Shown one piece after another: positions 48,514 through 58,827 of a stretch of 64,000 nt of DNA. The stretch lies in IMG/VR virus record IMGVR_UViG_3300021387_000452. The stretch is one strand, 5' to 3'. Origin of the DNA: a virus. Lineage: Duplodnaviria; Caudoviricetes. Under the pieces are notes generated by a model that searched no databases, was not told the DNA's origin, and was given only the letters and a program-made list of their open reading frames with translations. How positions within the stretch are numbered: the first letter of the stretch is position 1; every line of letters starts with the position of its first letter. The translations under genes were made by a program, and so were the position numbers.

Positions 48514-50034
48514 CTACATATTAAAATCAAAATCTTCTTCTTCAGATCCCTCATCACCAGCTTCTCCATCTGGAGACTCTTCATCTGAAGATTTATCTTC
48601 ACTCTTTACGAACTGCTCTAAATTAAGAGCATCTATAATGTCTTCATCATTAGATACTCTATTGAGTAGTGCAGCTATAAGTTTAGCTTTATCTGCATTC
48701 TCAAAAATGCCTTCATCAACATTTTTCACTAAGTCAAGGATTGAACCAGTAGTTTCAATCTCTGCTTTTTGAATATCTGATAAACGAGTATCCTCAGCTG
48801 TTAGAATTCTTGGCATCTCAACAGTAAAGCTTGGCGGCAATATGTTGTGAATAGAACAATACCAGTATATTAGATCTTTTAATCCAGATTTAATGATGCG
48901 TTGACATCTTTTTACTGTTCTTGCATAGCGAATGTCTAACTGAGTTAGAGTCGTATCTCCGATTCCACCAGGGGCTTCATCTGACTGACCTAAGAATTGC
49001 TTAGGAACTTTCAATGCACCATAATAACGATCGTCAAAGTAATCAATATCAGCTAATGCTGAAACATTAACTTCACCGCCAACTTCCTGAACTGTTACTG
49101 CACCCTGACCATTACGAGTTGGGAAATAAACATTACCACCTGTTAAAATAGGTGAAGATCTTGAACTAAATACCTCAGTACTAACATTGATCGATTGCTT
49201 TGATGAAACAGCAGTTTTTAACTCACGAATCATTCTTGCTGTATCTTGTGATGAAGCTGCGCCGACATCTACAGAAAACAATCTATAAAATGATGATCGT
49301 GTTAATCTAGCAAGAATTAAAAGATCATCTAATAGCTGACGCTGTTTATAGTACTGCCTTGCCGCCTCAAGAAATGATGATCCATACTGGATATATGAAT
49401 CAGAAGATAGTGCATCTCTATTTGCTCTATCAGAGATGAAATGAATAAATGATCGCTCTGGAAGCAGCTTATCATTATCAATAGCTGATTTATCTTTGCT
49501 CTGTGGCTGATATAAATAGCCTAGAGGAACACCATAGCGATATATGTGAACTACATCTTCTGGCTCTGCTAATGTGAAATAATCACCTACATTGTACTCT
49601 TTTCTATAGTCTATATTGGAATAGTTAGTATCAACAAAACACTCACCAAAAGTGACTACGTTAAAAGCTAGTGGGTAAATAATATCATTGATCCTAAACT
49701 TGTTCTTAAGAAATGATGTCATCATCTCTGCAAAGTCTGGATTATCGGCAGATTCTACCCAAGCGGCTAAGCCAGTATCAGAATCTATAAGAGAAGCATC
49801 TTCTGATATGAGCTCAACAGCTGATAATGTAACGCCATCTTTGAGCATTTCACGATAGTCTTTAATCTTAGATTGTCGATCATTAGACAGCGTCCTCAAA
49901 GATGTCAGAATGTTATTATCTCTGTTTAGAAAGATATTCTCAAGCTTATCATCCCTAACATCATTTGTATCTTTAATGACTTCAACTCTGTTAGAGAGAC
50001 CAAACATATTTCTGAAAAATGATTTAAGTGACAT
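48514..50034 (-). CDS. Portal protein (T4 gp20-like)
   Basis: YREM, IHF, SFLEAAR..YKQ.QLLDD.L.LARLTR, FSVDVG, DIDYF...YGALKVPK and DIRYAR motifs. Confidence 0.92.
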   Translation of the reverse strand: MSLKSFFRNMFGLSNRVEVIKDTNDVRDDKLENIFLNRDNNILTSLRTLSNDRQSKIKDYREMLKDGVTLSAVELISEDASLIDSDTGLAAWVESADNPDFAEMMTSFLKNKFRINDIIYPLAFNVVTFGECFVDTNYSNIDYRKEYNVGDYFTLAEPEDVVHIYRYGVPLGYLYQPQSKDKSAIDNDKLLPERSFIHFISDRANRDALSSDSYIQYGSSFLEAARQYYKQRQLLDDLLILARLTRSSFYRLFSVDVGAASSQDTARMIRELKTAVSSKQSINVSTEVFSSRSSPILTGGNVYFPTRNGQGAVTVQEVGGEVNVSALADIDYFDDRYYGALKVPKQFLGQSDEAPGGIGDTTLTQLDIRYARTVKRCQRIIKSGLKDLIYWYCSIHNILPPSFTVEMPRILTAEDTRLSDIQKAEIETTGSILDLVKNVDEGIFENADKAKLIAALLNRVSNDEDIIDALNLEQFVKSEDKSSDEESPDGEAGDEGSEEEDFDFNM

Positions 50035-50088
50035 AGTACATACTCATCTAAAGCTTCATAATCAAAATAAGTACTTAACTATTATAGT

Positions 50089-50101
50089 TAGATATTGATA
50101 T
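50089..50101 (-). promoter_or_regulatory. Two overlapping copies of the late motif (ATATCAATATCTA) upstream of the portal gene
   Basis: 55 nt upstream of the portal ATG. Confidence 0.6.
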
Positions 50102-50103
50102 TA

Positions 50104-52557
50104 CTAAGCTGTATAATTCATTATGTATGCAGTGCATGTTACTGGTTTTTCAGCTAAATCATAAACGCCTGTACTACTGTTGTAAGTAGAAATAACTGAT
50201 TTATATGAATGAGATGCTGCATAATAATGGAAATGATATAGACCTTCATACTTGGAATCTAGTAGATACTTAAACCCAACTACTACTTTCTTATTAGTTG
50301 TACCAATACTACTACCATAAGTAGTACTATTAACTTTAATATGGTTGTTTAAGAATCCTATTGAGAAGTGAGTGCACCCACTGCTAGATGACATTAAAGA
50401 TTCACCATTTATCTGATCTGAGTTTGAAAAACCAATTGATGAAAGATATATATCATCCCAAGAGTAATTCGGCACTTTAGCCATTAAGAAGCTTCTGAGA
50501 TTATCAGCGTCAGCAAGCTCAAGAGTACCAGTTACTGTACTAAATATAGATGAGCTAGCATCAAATAAAGCAATGAAACGACTATCGTCTATTCGCCAGT
50601 CATTAAGGCCGTAATCATCTTCATATGTAACATCATCAAAATCCCAGTTCTCATGATCTTCTCTAGTGAGAACTTCACTTGGAACAAAAAGCGTATCAGT
50701 AGTATTCTTTTTAGTAAAGCACACTGCAAGACTAGCTTTATTTGTAACTATACTATATTGATCATTAGGCACAGCAAGATAATACACTTGCTGTTGCTGA
50801 TTCATAGATGTATTCTTATAGCACTTCTTAACATATAACTTCTTGAAAGCGTCTACACCATCAACAATACGTCTCTGAAGTATATATCGCTGAACATTAA
50901 ACACGTCATTATAGTTTATTGAAGTCTCTTTGACACCATCACCATCTAAGTCGTAACGTCTTGTCCCATGATAAGTTGTACATTGATATGTAATCACATA
51001 GTCTTTTGAATACTCAACTAAGTCTCTCAAGTACAAGGCTTCTCTAAACTCATTCTTATTGTATGCCTCATTACATCGTATATGAAAGCGATATGTAGAT
51101 TCTCGCGGTGTTTTGTTCACATTCCATTTGCATGGGTATGACACTAAGAATCTATCTTTGCAAAATTTCTTACCGCTAACTGGCTGTTTGTAGCAGCATC
51201 TTATTGACATCGGAATTGCATACTGCTGCCAGTTCAAATCATGAAGCGCCTTTACATTATTGTCTGCAACATCATCTGGATCAGTGCCACTATCAGCTAC
51301 CCACATAACAAGAACTGTTTCGCAGTCTGTAAATGGTGGTCTGTCATTGAGAGTGTATCTTAATAAATCGTATGGTATTTGTAATGGCTTTGCAGTTTCA
51401 TATATAGCTGGAGGCTCATATGAAATTTCTGTGTTATAATAAACGCCAGATAATATTTTAGGAATATCTCCAGTTGGCTGTATAGTGACATAACTAGTAG
51501 TCCCATTATCTGTATATTTTAACTGAGTACTACTGTTATGAGTATCATCATAATATAAAATTCGTCTTGTTGCTTCGAGATCTATAAAGTCTCTCTTTAG
51601 ATCTTCACTAAAATCAGAGTATAATTCTACTGTGCGAATAGGTGAAACTTCAACGCTTGTGTTACTATTAAGAAAGTAGCGAGACCCATCTTTTGTAACA
51701 TCAGATGATGTGTATCTCTGTGATCTTGTAAGAGTTACTGACGGATTATCAGTGAGATAGTATCTGCTAACTTCTGCATGCGGTGGAAAGTCTTTATTAG
51801 TACCAGTGTGAATATTGCCGTTTTTGTCTATACATGACACACTTTCGCGTAAATATTTACTGTTCCCACTATAATAATATACAAAAAATTTTGGAGCAGC
51901 ATGATTTCCGTATGGGAAATTTTCATTAAAATAGTTTTGAACAAATACTCGTTTCTCTTGCCCTACATCAACATTGAAGATATCTTTCCACGCAAGCTTC
52001 TCTTCAATTGTAAAGAACCAGTTGCTATGAAAACGATCATTAACAATTTTATCCCTTAGGCCAGACTTTTTTAACACTTTATCTGGCAAAGTAAATCCAT
52101 AGAAGAAATCACCAGATGACACCATTAGAGAAAAATACACGGTTTTCCCATTAACATGAAGCTTTGTCCACTCTCCAAAGTCACCGCCAACTTCTGGTGT
52201 ATGAGACACCATTAAAGACATACCGCCTTCTTGGCACGGATTAGCATCCCAATAATTTCTAAGATTAAAATACTTTGGCTCACGAAGCCAAGCATCTATG
52301 TAGCTCTTGATTGTATTTTTCTTTACCGATGTCCAACCATTAGTTCCATTAGCGTACATAGAGATTGGATTAGAAGCTGTTAACTGATCATAAGTGATGA
52401 CTCTCTCAGGGCACTGTTTACACAAAGCTCTAACCTCACCAAGCTGATCTGCCCCATCATTAGTTGGTACAAAGCCTGGATTTCCAGGCTTATACGTAAG
52501 ACTATGGTAATTTGTAAGTATAAATTTATAGTAGACTTCTTGTTTATTCATATGCAA
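50104..52557 (-). CDS. Large hypothetical protein
   Basis: 817 aa, Tyr-rich, contains DLDGDGVKE; starts 3 nt after the ankyrin gene stop. Confidence 0.75.
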   Translation of the reverse strand: MHMNKQEVYYKFILTNYHSLTYKPGNPGFVPTNDGADQLGEVRALCKQCPERVITYDQLTASNPISMYANGTNGWTSVKKNTIKSYIDAWLREPKYFNLRNYWDANPCQEGGMSLMVSHTPEVGGDFGEWTKLHVNGKTVYFSLMVSSGDFFYGFTLPDKVLKKSGLRDKIVNDRFHSNWFFTIEEKLAWKDIFNVDVGQEKRVFVQNYFNENFPYGNHAAPKFFVYYYSGNSKYLRESVSCIDKNGNIHTGTNKDFPPHAEVSRYYLTDNPSVTLTRSQRYTSSDVTKDGSRYFLNSNTSVEVSPIRTVELYSDFSEDLKRDFIDLEATRRILYYDDTHNSSTQLKYTDNGTTSYVTIQPTGDIPKILSGVYYNTEISYEPPAIYETAKPLQIPYDLLRYTLNDRPPFTDCETVLVMWVADSGTDPDDVADNNVKALHDLNWQQYAIPMSIRCCYKQPVSGKKFCKDRFLVSYPCKWNVNKTPRESTYRFHIRCNEAYNKNEFREALYLRDLVEYSKDYVITYQCTTYHGTRRYDLDGDGVKETSINYNDVFNVQRYILQRRIVDGVDAFKKLYVKKCYKNTSMNQQQQVYYLAVPNDQYSIVTNKASLAVCFTKKNTTDTLFVPSEVLTREDHENWDFDDVTYEDDYGLNDWRIDDSRFIALFDASSSIFSTVTGTLELADADNLRSFLMAKVPNYSWDDIYLSSIGFSNSDQINGESLMSSSSGCTHFSIGFLNNHIKVNSTTYGSSIGTTNKKVVVGFKYLLDSKYEGLYHFHYYAASHSYKSVISTYNSSTGVYDLAEKPVTCTAYIMNYTA

Positions 52558-52560
52558 TCT

Positions 52561-55500
52561 CTAGTTGTCAGAATCTTCTGAATATAGAAGATCATAATAG
52601 AAGACTTTATTAGATGATGTCCAATATGGTGACTTTGGTACTTGATTAACTCTATATCTGTTGTATACTGAGCTCCACTGGTCTTTTGTAATCTCTGAAT
52701 GTTGCGTTACTACTCCGGCACTCTTAGTTGTATAAACTAAAGTACCTGGATCTAGATCAACTGCAAATGTACCAGATGTAAATGCAGTTGTACCAATTGT
52801 CGTTGGCGTAGCTACTTTAACAGTAATTGACGCAGTACTTACGTTGCTATAATCATCTGTAACAGTTACTGTAAATACGTAAGTAGTCTCTGGAATTGTG
52901 TTCTCTGGTATTTTGAATGTCTTTTGCTCATCATTTATTGAAATAAGATGACTTGCTTCTGGCCCACTCCAAACAACAGTATAACTATCACCATCAACAT
53001 CAATAACATCTATGCTCAATGTAACAGTATCTCCAGGGTTACCTTCAACTAGAGGTGTAAGTACAGTAATTCGCGGAGCTGTATTTGCATAATATGACGC
53101 ATTAACTGAAGTTGTTGCTGTGCTAGATGCTCCGAAATTATCTGTAACTGTTACTGTAAATGTGTAAGTAACATTCCCAGTAAGATTAGCTGGTATAGTA
53201 AAAGTAGGATTTGCTGAAGATGTACTTGAGAATTCTCCATCATGATTGCAAGACCATTCGTACGCTATTGTATCATCACTATCTGGATCTGATGCATTTG
53301 CATGTAATGTAATAATAGCTCCCTGATGACATGTAGTAGGTGATGCTTCAGGATGAGCAATCGGCGCATGGTTAATAGATGCCTCATCTGTTATGTAGCA
53401 TCGCGCACTTACACCGCTAAGAAGCTTATATAATAAGTGATCTAAATTCCACTTAATTTCATGAGTGTCTTCGCTTATTGTGTACACAACACCTTTAGGA
53501 ACTATAAAAGTATCTACACCAACAGACGCGTTGAATGAAACTATTACACCATTTATGTCACTGTCAACGCTATGTTCAGGGCTCATGTAGAATCCAGGCT
53601 TAGAACTATACGTATATAATCTAAATGAATCTGGTGTAAATGGCGCAGTACTATCACTGTCAAGAATTTTCACATCAGTGTATTGACCAGAGCCGCTAAT
53701 TGGCTGAAGATCATCGTTCTTCATTGATTCAGTCGGGAGGCTTGGCCAGTACTGTGGATCATACCAATTAGTGTCTGAGTGGCTATTAAACTGATATACC
53801 CAATAATAATCGGTTGCGATAGCTTTGTCACTATACTTCATTTTACCAATAAATGGCTTAAGATCATCATTCAAATCAGATAAATCACTTGAATAATTAT
53901 CATATATTGTATATATGTCTTCTAGCTCAAGCGCATTTCCATCACCGCTGTCATCATATAAGCTGTTTAGAATACTACATATTGTTGACGCTGGTGTAAT
54001 TATACTAATGATGTCACTAACTGGAACACTGCTCTTGTTTGTTTTGAAAGATCTAATGACAACCGAACTCTTAAGATCTGCGTCTGTTATAACGCTCTCA
54101 ATCTCACTAAGACTAGTCTTATTACAGTCAATCATATGAGCAATGTATTGCTGCTTAAATTCACCATTATCTGTGATTTCAGAATTTACAGTATACAAAC
54201 TTACATTGAGAATGTCAATTATACCATTGAACTTATTATAGTCTGATGGATTTGTGCATAGATATGCCAATTTCTGAAGAGTAAAGTATTCATTGAGATA
54301 TAAATGGCTGATAACGTTATCTCTATTGTCTGATTCAGTGTTGACAAGACTAGAGAACAGCTGCTTATTGTATGGTGATGTGAATACCTTGTCAATGCAT
54401 TTATTTCTTTTAGTATCATCTGCGATATCGCATACATCTTTTAAATCAACTTCGCCATCACTAAATAATACATTTACTACTCCATCATAGACGTTTGTAA
54501 GTCGTGAATCAGTGATAAGTGTATTGAACTTGTTTCCATTATTAAATGGCTCTTTATTTTTCTTATACAGATACGCAATGATATTGTAGCATTGATTGCT
54601 TGTGAATGTGGCTAACTTTGATATGTCATAATTTTTAAGTAGCAGATCATAAATCTTATCATTATGTTCATACTCAATATATTTCACAATAAATCTACTG
54701 CCTGGACCACTACCCCAAGTATAGCTCTCGCTAAGCCAGCTGTAAATGTTATCGTCTGTTACAGAATAACGCAGCAGAGCATTTACTACTGAGTGCCACT
54801 CATGAGCAAAAGCAATCTCAAACACATCACCAAGCGATGAACTACCCACTAAGTAGTGGCATAGCTTTTCAACTAGCATTTCATCTTCATTATCAACAGC
54901 AACAGCTAATGCAGACTTCTTACTATCATCATCTGTGCCACATTCTCTAAGAATATATGAGGCTCTATTAGTTTTAACAAGAGTGCCAAGAATATAATCA
55001 ACAGAAGCGTAGCACGACATCATGCACGCTGAATAAAGAAGTGTAATGTCATAGCTATCAGTAATTTCGGCATAGTCAGAAAAGCTAGTTCTACTGCCAA
55101 GAGCTTCTAAAATATCAGACTTTGGGAGCTTGGCAGCCTCACTCAAATCGGCTTTAGTAACAGTAGCTGGTGTATTTATCTTAGTAGTCGCTTTAAGATA
55201 AGCTACAGCATACTGTGGCTGATATTCATAGTCCCACACATACTCAAACTTGTTTCGTATGTCTTTACATTCTTCGTCTTTCTTGTGAATCTCTGACCCA
55301 TCAGCGTTGCACTGCTTTATAGGATTACCTTCATCATCACGCATTGGCGAATGTGTACCATCATCCTCGTACTTATAAACTATGTTATAGCTCACTAACT
55401 CTGGCGGAATTGGAAAGACTTCACCATCTTTTACAAGTCTACCTAGTTGCTGAGTCACTGGCTCTGCAGTAACAGATAAAGGGTCTTTAAGATTGCTTGG

Positions 55501-55977
55501 ATCTAGTGGATAAACTACTCCATTAGTATCTTTTATATATATCACGTTATCTTCATCGTCGCGAGCTGGAACTGGATTATCATCAGCATCCTTCTTTGGC
55601 TGTTCACTTTCTTGAGCTTCAGTTGTAGAATCAACTACCTCTTCAGTTGTATCGTCATACACATAAACATCATTACCAATCAGAGCATCAACTGACTCTT
55701 TACAGCCAGACATGATTGCGCACTGAAGTGGAGTCTTACCTTTACCGCATTTCTTAGACGGCGCACAACCATGTTCTTTTATAAGGCAAACAATCTTATC
55801 TGGCTTAATACCATTCATAGCCGCAAAACAAAGTGGAGTATACCCCTCTGAGTCATTAGAATTGTATGTCCATGATGAATCTATAGCTATGCATTTGCCA
55901 TAAAGCTCACTTATTGCTTGTTTTGTCTTTAGATCATCAGCAGTGTATGTAATTTTTGGTGGTGTTTCATCAGGCAT
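52561..55977 (-). CDS. Ankyrin-repeat protein with C-terminal PKD/Ig-like domains
   Basis: Ankyrin-like GYTPLCFAAMNG, GKTPLQCAIMSG, ITLLYSACMM and SALAVAVD. PKD-like NHAP...SDPDSD..IAYEWS...YTFTVTVTD and NTAP...DVDGD...YVFTVTVTD. Confidence 0.8.
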   Translation of the reverse strand: MPDETPPKITYTADDLKTKQAISELYGKCIAIDSSWTYNSNDSEGYTPLCFAAMNGIKPDKIVCLIKEHGCAPSKKCGKGKTPLQCAIMSGCKESVDALIGNDVYVYDDTTEEVVDSTTEAQESEQPKKDADDNPVPARDDEDNVIYIKDTNGVVYPLDPSNLKDPLSVTAEPVTQQLGRLVKDGEVFPIPPELVSYNIVYKYEDDGTHSPMRDDEGNPIKQCNADGSEIHKKDEECKDIRNKFEYVWDYEYQPQYAVAYLKATTKINTPATVTKADLSEAAKLPKSDILEALGSRTSFSDYAEITDSYDITLLYSACMMSCYASVDYILGTLVKTNRASYILRECGTDDDSKKSALAVAVDNEDEMLVEKLCHYLVGSSSLGDVFEIAFAHEWHSVVNALLRYSVTDDNIYSWLSESYTWGSGPGSRFIVKYIEYEHNDKIYDLLLKNYDISKLATFTSNQCYNIIAYLYKKNKEPFNNGNKFNTLITDSRLTNVYDGVVNVLFSDGEVDLKDVCDIADDTKRNKCIDKVFTSPYNKQLFSSLVNTESDNRDNVISHLYLNEYFTLQKLAYLCTNPSDYNKFNGIIDILNVSLYTVNSEITDNGEFKQQYIAHMIDCNKTSLSEIESVITDADLKSSVVIRSFKTNKSSVPVSDIISIITPASTICSILNSLYDDSGDGNALELEDIYTIYDNYSSDLSDLNDDLKPFIGKMKYSDKAIATDYYWVYQFNSHSDTNWYDPQYWPSLPTESMKNDDLQPISGSGQYTDVKILDSDSTAPFTPDSFRLYTYSSKPGFYMSPEHSVDSDINGVIVSFNASVGVDTFIVPKGVVYTISEDTHEIKWNLDHLLYKLLSGVSARCYITDEASINHAPIAHPEASPTTCHQGAIITLHANASDPDSDDTIAYEWSCNHDGEFSSTSSANPTFTIPANLTGNVTYTFTVTVTDNFGASSTATTSVNASYYANTAPRITVLTPLVEGNPGDTVTLSIDVIDVDGDSYTVVWSGPEASHLISINDEQKTFKIPENTIPETTYVFTVTVTDDYSNVSTASITVKVATPTTIGTTAFTSGTFAVDLDPGTLVYTTKSAGVVTQHSEITKDQWSSVYNRYRVNQVPKSPYWTSSNKVFYYDLLYSEDSDN

Positions 55978-56004
55978 GTCTATACTCTCTTAAGATATAA
56001 AATT

Positions 56005-56042
56005 AAACCCTCTATGAATTGATATACTTTCATAGAGGGTTT
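56005..56042 (-). terminator. Terminator after recA with ATATCAA in its loop
   Basis: Perfect 14-bp stem AAACCCTCTATGAA/TTCATAGAGGGTTT with a 10-nt loop. Confidence 0.8.
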
Positions 56043-56065
56043 ATCTATAAGATTATGCTAATAAA

Positions 56066-57172
56066 CTATTCAGTATCATCTACATCATCTATATCACAAG
56101 AAGATCCAGCAGTAAGCTCAGCCTCAGAATCAACAACTTCATCTTCTTCATTTGGAATAAGAGCAATCCCGCCAAGTGAATCAGCAAGTTCAACAAAGTA
56201 CTCTAGATGGTCCTTTAAAAATGTCTCTAATTCATCTTTAGGCACTAGAACTGTTTCACCCTGATATTTAACATTCCAACCTTTACGAAGCACTCTCTCG
56301 ATGATTCCATGATATTCTAGCACAGACCTAACTGCGCCAGCATTAGAGATCCCCTTGCCAAAATGAATTGTGATTACTTTCTTTAGTAATGGACGAGCAT
56401 ATCGATTTTTATCTGTCCAAATTGCAAGATCACATCCATACGGAACTGGCTTATCATAACCCGGCAAAGTCTGTTCAAGCATCATTACTTTCTTAAGCAT
56501 CACTCGAACATCCATGTAATAACCTAAAGCTTGACCACCAGCTTGAGTAAGTTTAGTAACCTGACCATAGCCCATTGCAATCTTTGTTCTTAGCTGGTTT
56601 ACAAAGATCACTGTCTTATCAGTGTTCTTAAAACGAGCTTTGAATTTCTGCATGAAGTTTGACTGAATACGAGCTGCGACGCCAGGCTCATTCATTTCAT
56701 CTACGTTCTTTTCTGTTAAACGACCTGGAACTGTTGCAGTGATACTATCATAAATAATAAGCGCTACATCTTTATCATCTAGTACTTTGCAAAGGAAATC
56801 ATCAACTTCGCCATACGTCTGAAGACGTACTGGGATGAACAGCATTTCATCTACATACTGTCTCATACCAAAGCAATCGATCTGCTGACCATTAAGACCC
56901 TGCTCAGTGTCAATATAAATAACTCGTTTTCCCTGTGAGCAATACTTCTTTGAAATATGCAAACACATTGTAGATTTACCACAGCCAGACTCAGATGCAA
57001 TCTCAATAAATGTTCCAGCAGGAATGCCTCTACCATTTGAAATAACAGCGTCTAAGATGATTGAGCCAGATGGAGAAAATTGCTCTTCTTTACAAGTGAG
57101 ATCCATCATTTCTGAATATAGCTTCGAAAAATCTGTCTTTTTCTTTTCTTTATCAGCTGCTGCTTTAGCCAT
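56066..57172 (-). CDS. recA: RecA/UvsX-like recombinase
   Basis: SGSIILD, Walker A ESGCGKST, YIDTE, IIYDS, FVNQLR and GGQALGYY. Start ATG 57172 with GGAG RBS. Confidence 0.92.
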   Translation of the reverse strand: MAKAAADKEKKKTDFSKLYSEMMDLTCKEEQFSPSGSIILDAVISNGRGIPAGTFIEIASESGCGKSTMCLHISKKYCSQGKRVIYIDTEQGLNGQQIDCFGMRQYVDEMLFIPVRLQTYGEVDDFLCKVLDDKDVALIIYDSITATVPGRLTEKNVDEMNEPGVAARIQSNFMQKFKARFKNTDKTVIFVNQLRTKIAMGYGQVTKLTQAGGQALGYYMDVRVMLKKVMMLEQTLPGYDKPVPYGCDLAIWTDKNRYARPLLKKVITIHFGKGISNAGAVRSVLEYHGIIERVLRKGWNVKYQGETVLVPKDELETFLKDHLEYFVELADSLGGIALIPNEEDEVVDSEAELTAGSSCDIDDVDDTE

Positions 57173-57225
57173 AACGTTACGCTCCAAAATTATACAAAGT
57201 GACCGCTAAATTGCATAAACTCATA

Positions 57226-57238
57226 TAGATATTATACA
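57226..57238 (-). promoter_or_regulatory. Overlapping TGTATAAT and ATATCTA motifs upstream of recA
   Basis: Minus strand TGTATAATATCTA; a second TGTATAAT sits at 57189-57196. Confidence 0.65.
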
Positions 57239-57244
57239 AATTAG

Positions 57245-58741
57245 CTAATGACTGTTTAACCCAAAAATATCATCATCAAAGTCAGATACAATATTAGTTC
57301 CAGCTGGCTTCTGAGCAATATCACACGATGATAATGAATCAATCAAATCTGCTGATAACTCAGATTCGTCTACTGAAGCATCGCCTCCAAATTTATACGT
57401 AGAAGGTTCTATGTCAACTGGTATTGGTGCAATTGGTGAGCAGTATCTGCACTTAATAACCTGCACATATGCTTGATGAGATTCAATAAGCACTTTATCA
57501 ACAAATACTGTCATTACAACAGATGAGAATCTTTCAAGCTCATTGGCATCAGATAATGCAGTTGTACTATAACCCTCAACTTGAGTTGTCAATTGATTAT
57601 TCTTACCACCGGGACGAGTAACTGTAGACAGCTTCTTAAATGACGCTGCAGCTGCTTTAAATCCAGTTCTATTTGTCTGTGCTAATAATACTGTAGACAC
57701 TTGGCGCTTCTTACCATCTTTCTTTCTAAAGTCAACTGTCAATTCTCCAAAGAATGACACATATTTATTAATGATTGGCCCTGTGTTACTACCATTATAT
57801 AGCGGACTTCTTAATGCAAGCTCTCCAACGTGATCAACAAATATAGCATCTAATGGTTTTTCGTCATCCAATTGGTATAGAACATCAATAAACTCACTTT
57901 CTGAATAAGTCTTAAATCTTGAACGATCTACAATGTGCAAGTTCGGAACGATTGATTTCTGATACTCTGGCTCTAAAACGTCGCATAAAAAGTTTAACTC
58001 ATCTTCATAAAGCTCATTCTTTCTAATCTTTTGATGATCTAATGGGTGATATCCCATTCTAGTGAATCTCTGATCATTTGAAAACAAGCTCAATATGGAA
58101 TACTCCAACTGATCTTCGGCAACTTCTAATGAGATATAAGCAATATTCTTTCCCTCAAGAGCATTCTTCACTGCCATATTGACAGCCCACGTAGTTTTGA
58201 AACTTCCAGTGTGACCTGCTAATGTGCACATTGCACCTTTTGGTATTGACCCAATAGCATCATCAATCTGTTCTACATATGTTTTAAGACCAGCATTATT
58301 CTTCATACTACGCATGTAGCGTTCACGAAAAGACAACTGCTCTTCTACTATATCATTATCAAAGCTTGCTTGCTTTCGAACAGCCTCAGCCATCTCTGGC
58401 GTAATACCACCAACAGCAGCATCTGAAGCCATCTTATATAACACTTTAGATTTATAGATGTTTAAGTGCTTTGTTACAAACTGCTTTCTATAATATCTAA
58501 AGTCAGCTATTGAGAACGGCTCATAATCATTTAGCTGATCACGGTATTGAGGAAACTTTGATAGAAATACTTCTTGAGTAGGAAATTGCTTGTTACTGTT
58601 ATACTCTCTTGTTAAATAGTTAAATACATCTTTCTCATCTGATGAGAGAATATTTTTATTATCATCTGATAAGATGATTTGAAGCTCATTATAAAACTCA
58701 GTGTCTGAAACCCCAAGCAAAGATTTGACTATCTGAATCAT
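57245..58741 (-). CDS. DnaB-like replicative helicase
   Basis: Walker A GHTGSFKT, YISLE, IFVDH, LAQTNR and KCR. Start moved to ATG 58741 because the listed start lies inside a terminator. Confidence 0.88.
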   Translation of the reverse strand: MIQIVKSLLGVSDTEFYNELQIILSDDNKNILSSDEKDVFNYLTREYNSNKQFPTQEVFLSKFPQYRDQLNDYEPFSIADFRYYRKQFVTKHLNIYKSKVLYKMASDAAVGGITPEMAEAVRKQASFDNDIVEEQLSFRERYMRSMKNNAGLKTYVEQIDDAIGSIPKGAMCTLAGHTGSFKTTWAVNMAVKNALEGKNIAYISLEVAEDQLEYSILSLFSNDQRFTRMGYHPLDHQKIRKNELYEDELNFLCDVLEPEYQKSIVPNLHIVDRSRFKTYSESEFIDVLYQLDDEKPLDAIFVDHVGELALRSPLYNGSNTGPIINKYVSFFGELTVDFRKKDGKKRQVSTVLLAQTNRTGFKAAAASFKKLSTVTRPGGKNNQLTTQVEGYSTTALSDANELERFSSVVMTVFVDKVLIESHQAYVQVIKCRYCSPIAPIPVDIEPSTYKFGGDASVDESELSADLIDSLSSCDIAQKPAGTNIVSDFDDDIFGLNSH

Positions 58742-58772
58742 CTGTGTATCTCTACTTATAATAGTGAAATTA

Positions 58773-58809
58773 AAAAGTCCTAGACAAATATACATCATCT
58801 AGGACTTTT
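58773..58809 (-). terminator. Terminator with TGTATATT in its 13-nt loop
   Basis: Perfect 12-bp stem AAAAGTCCTAGA/TCTAGGACTTTT. Confidence 0.8.
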
Positions 58810-58827
58810 ATATTAAGAATAGTTTAC

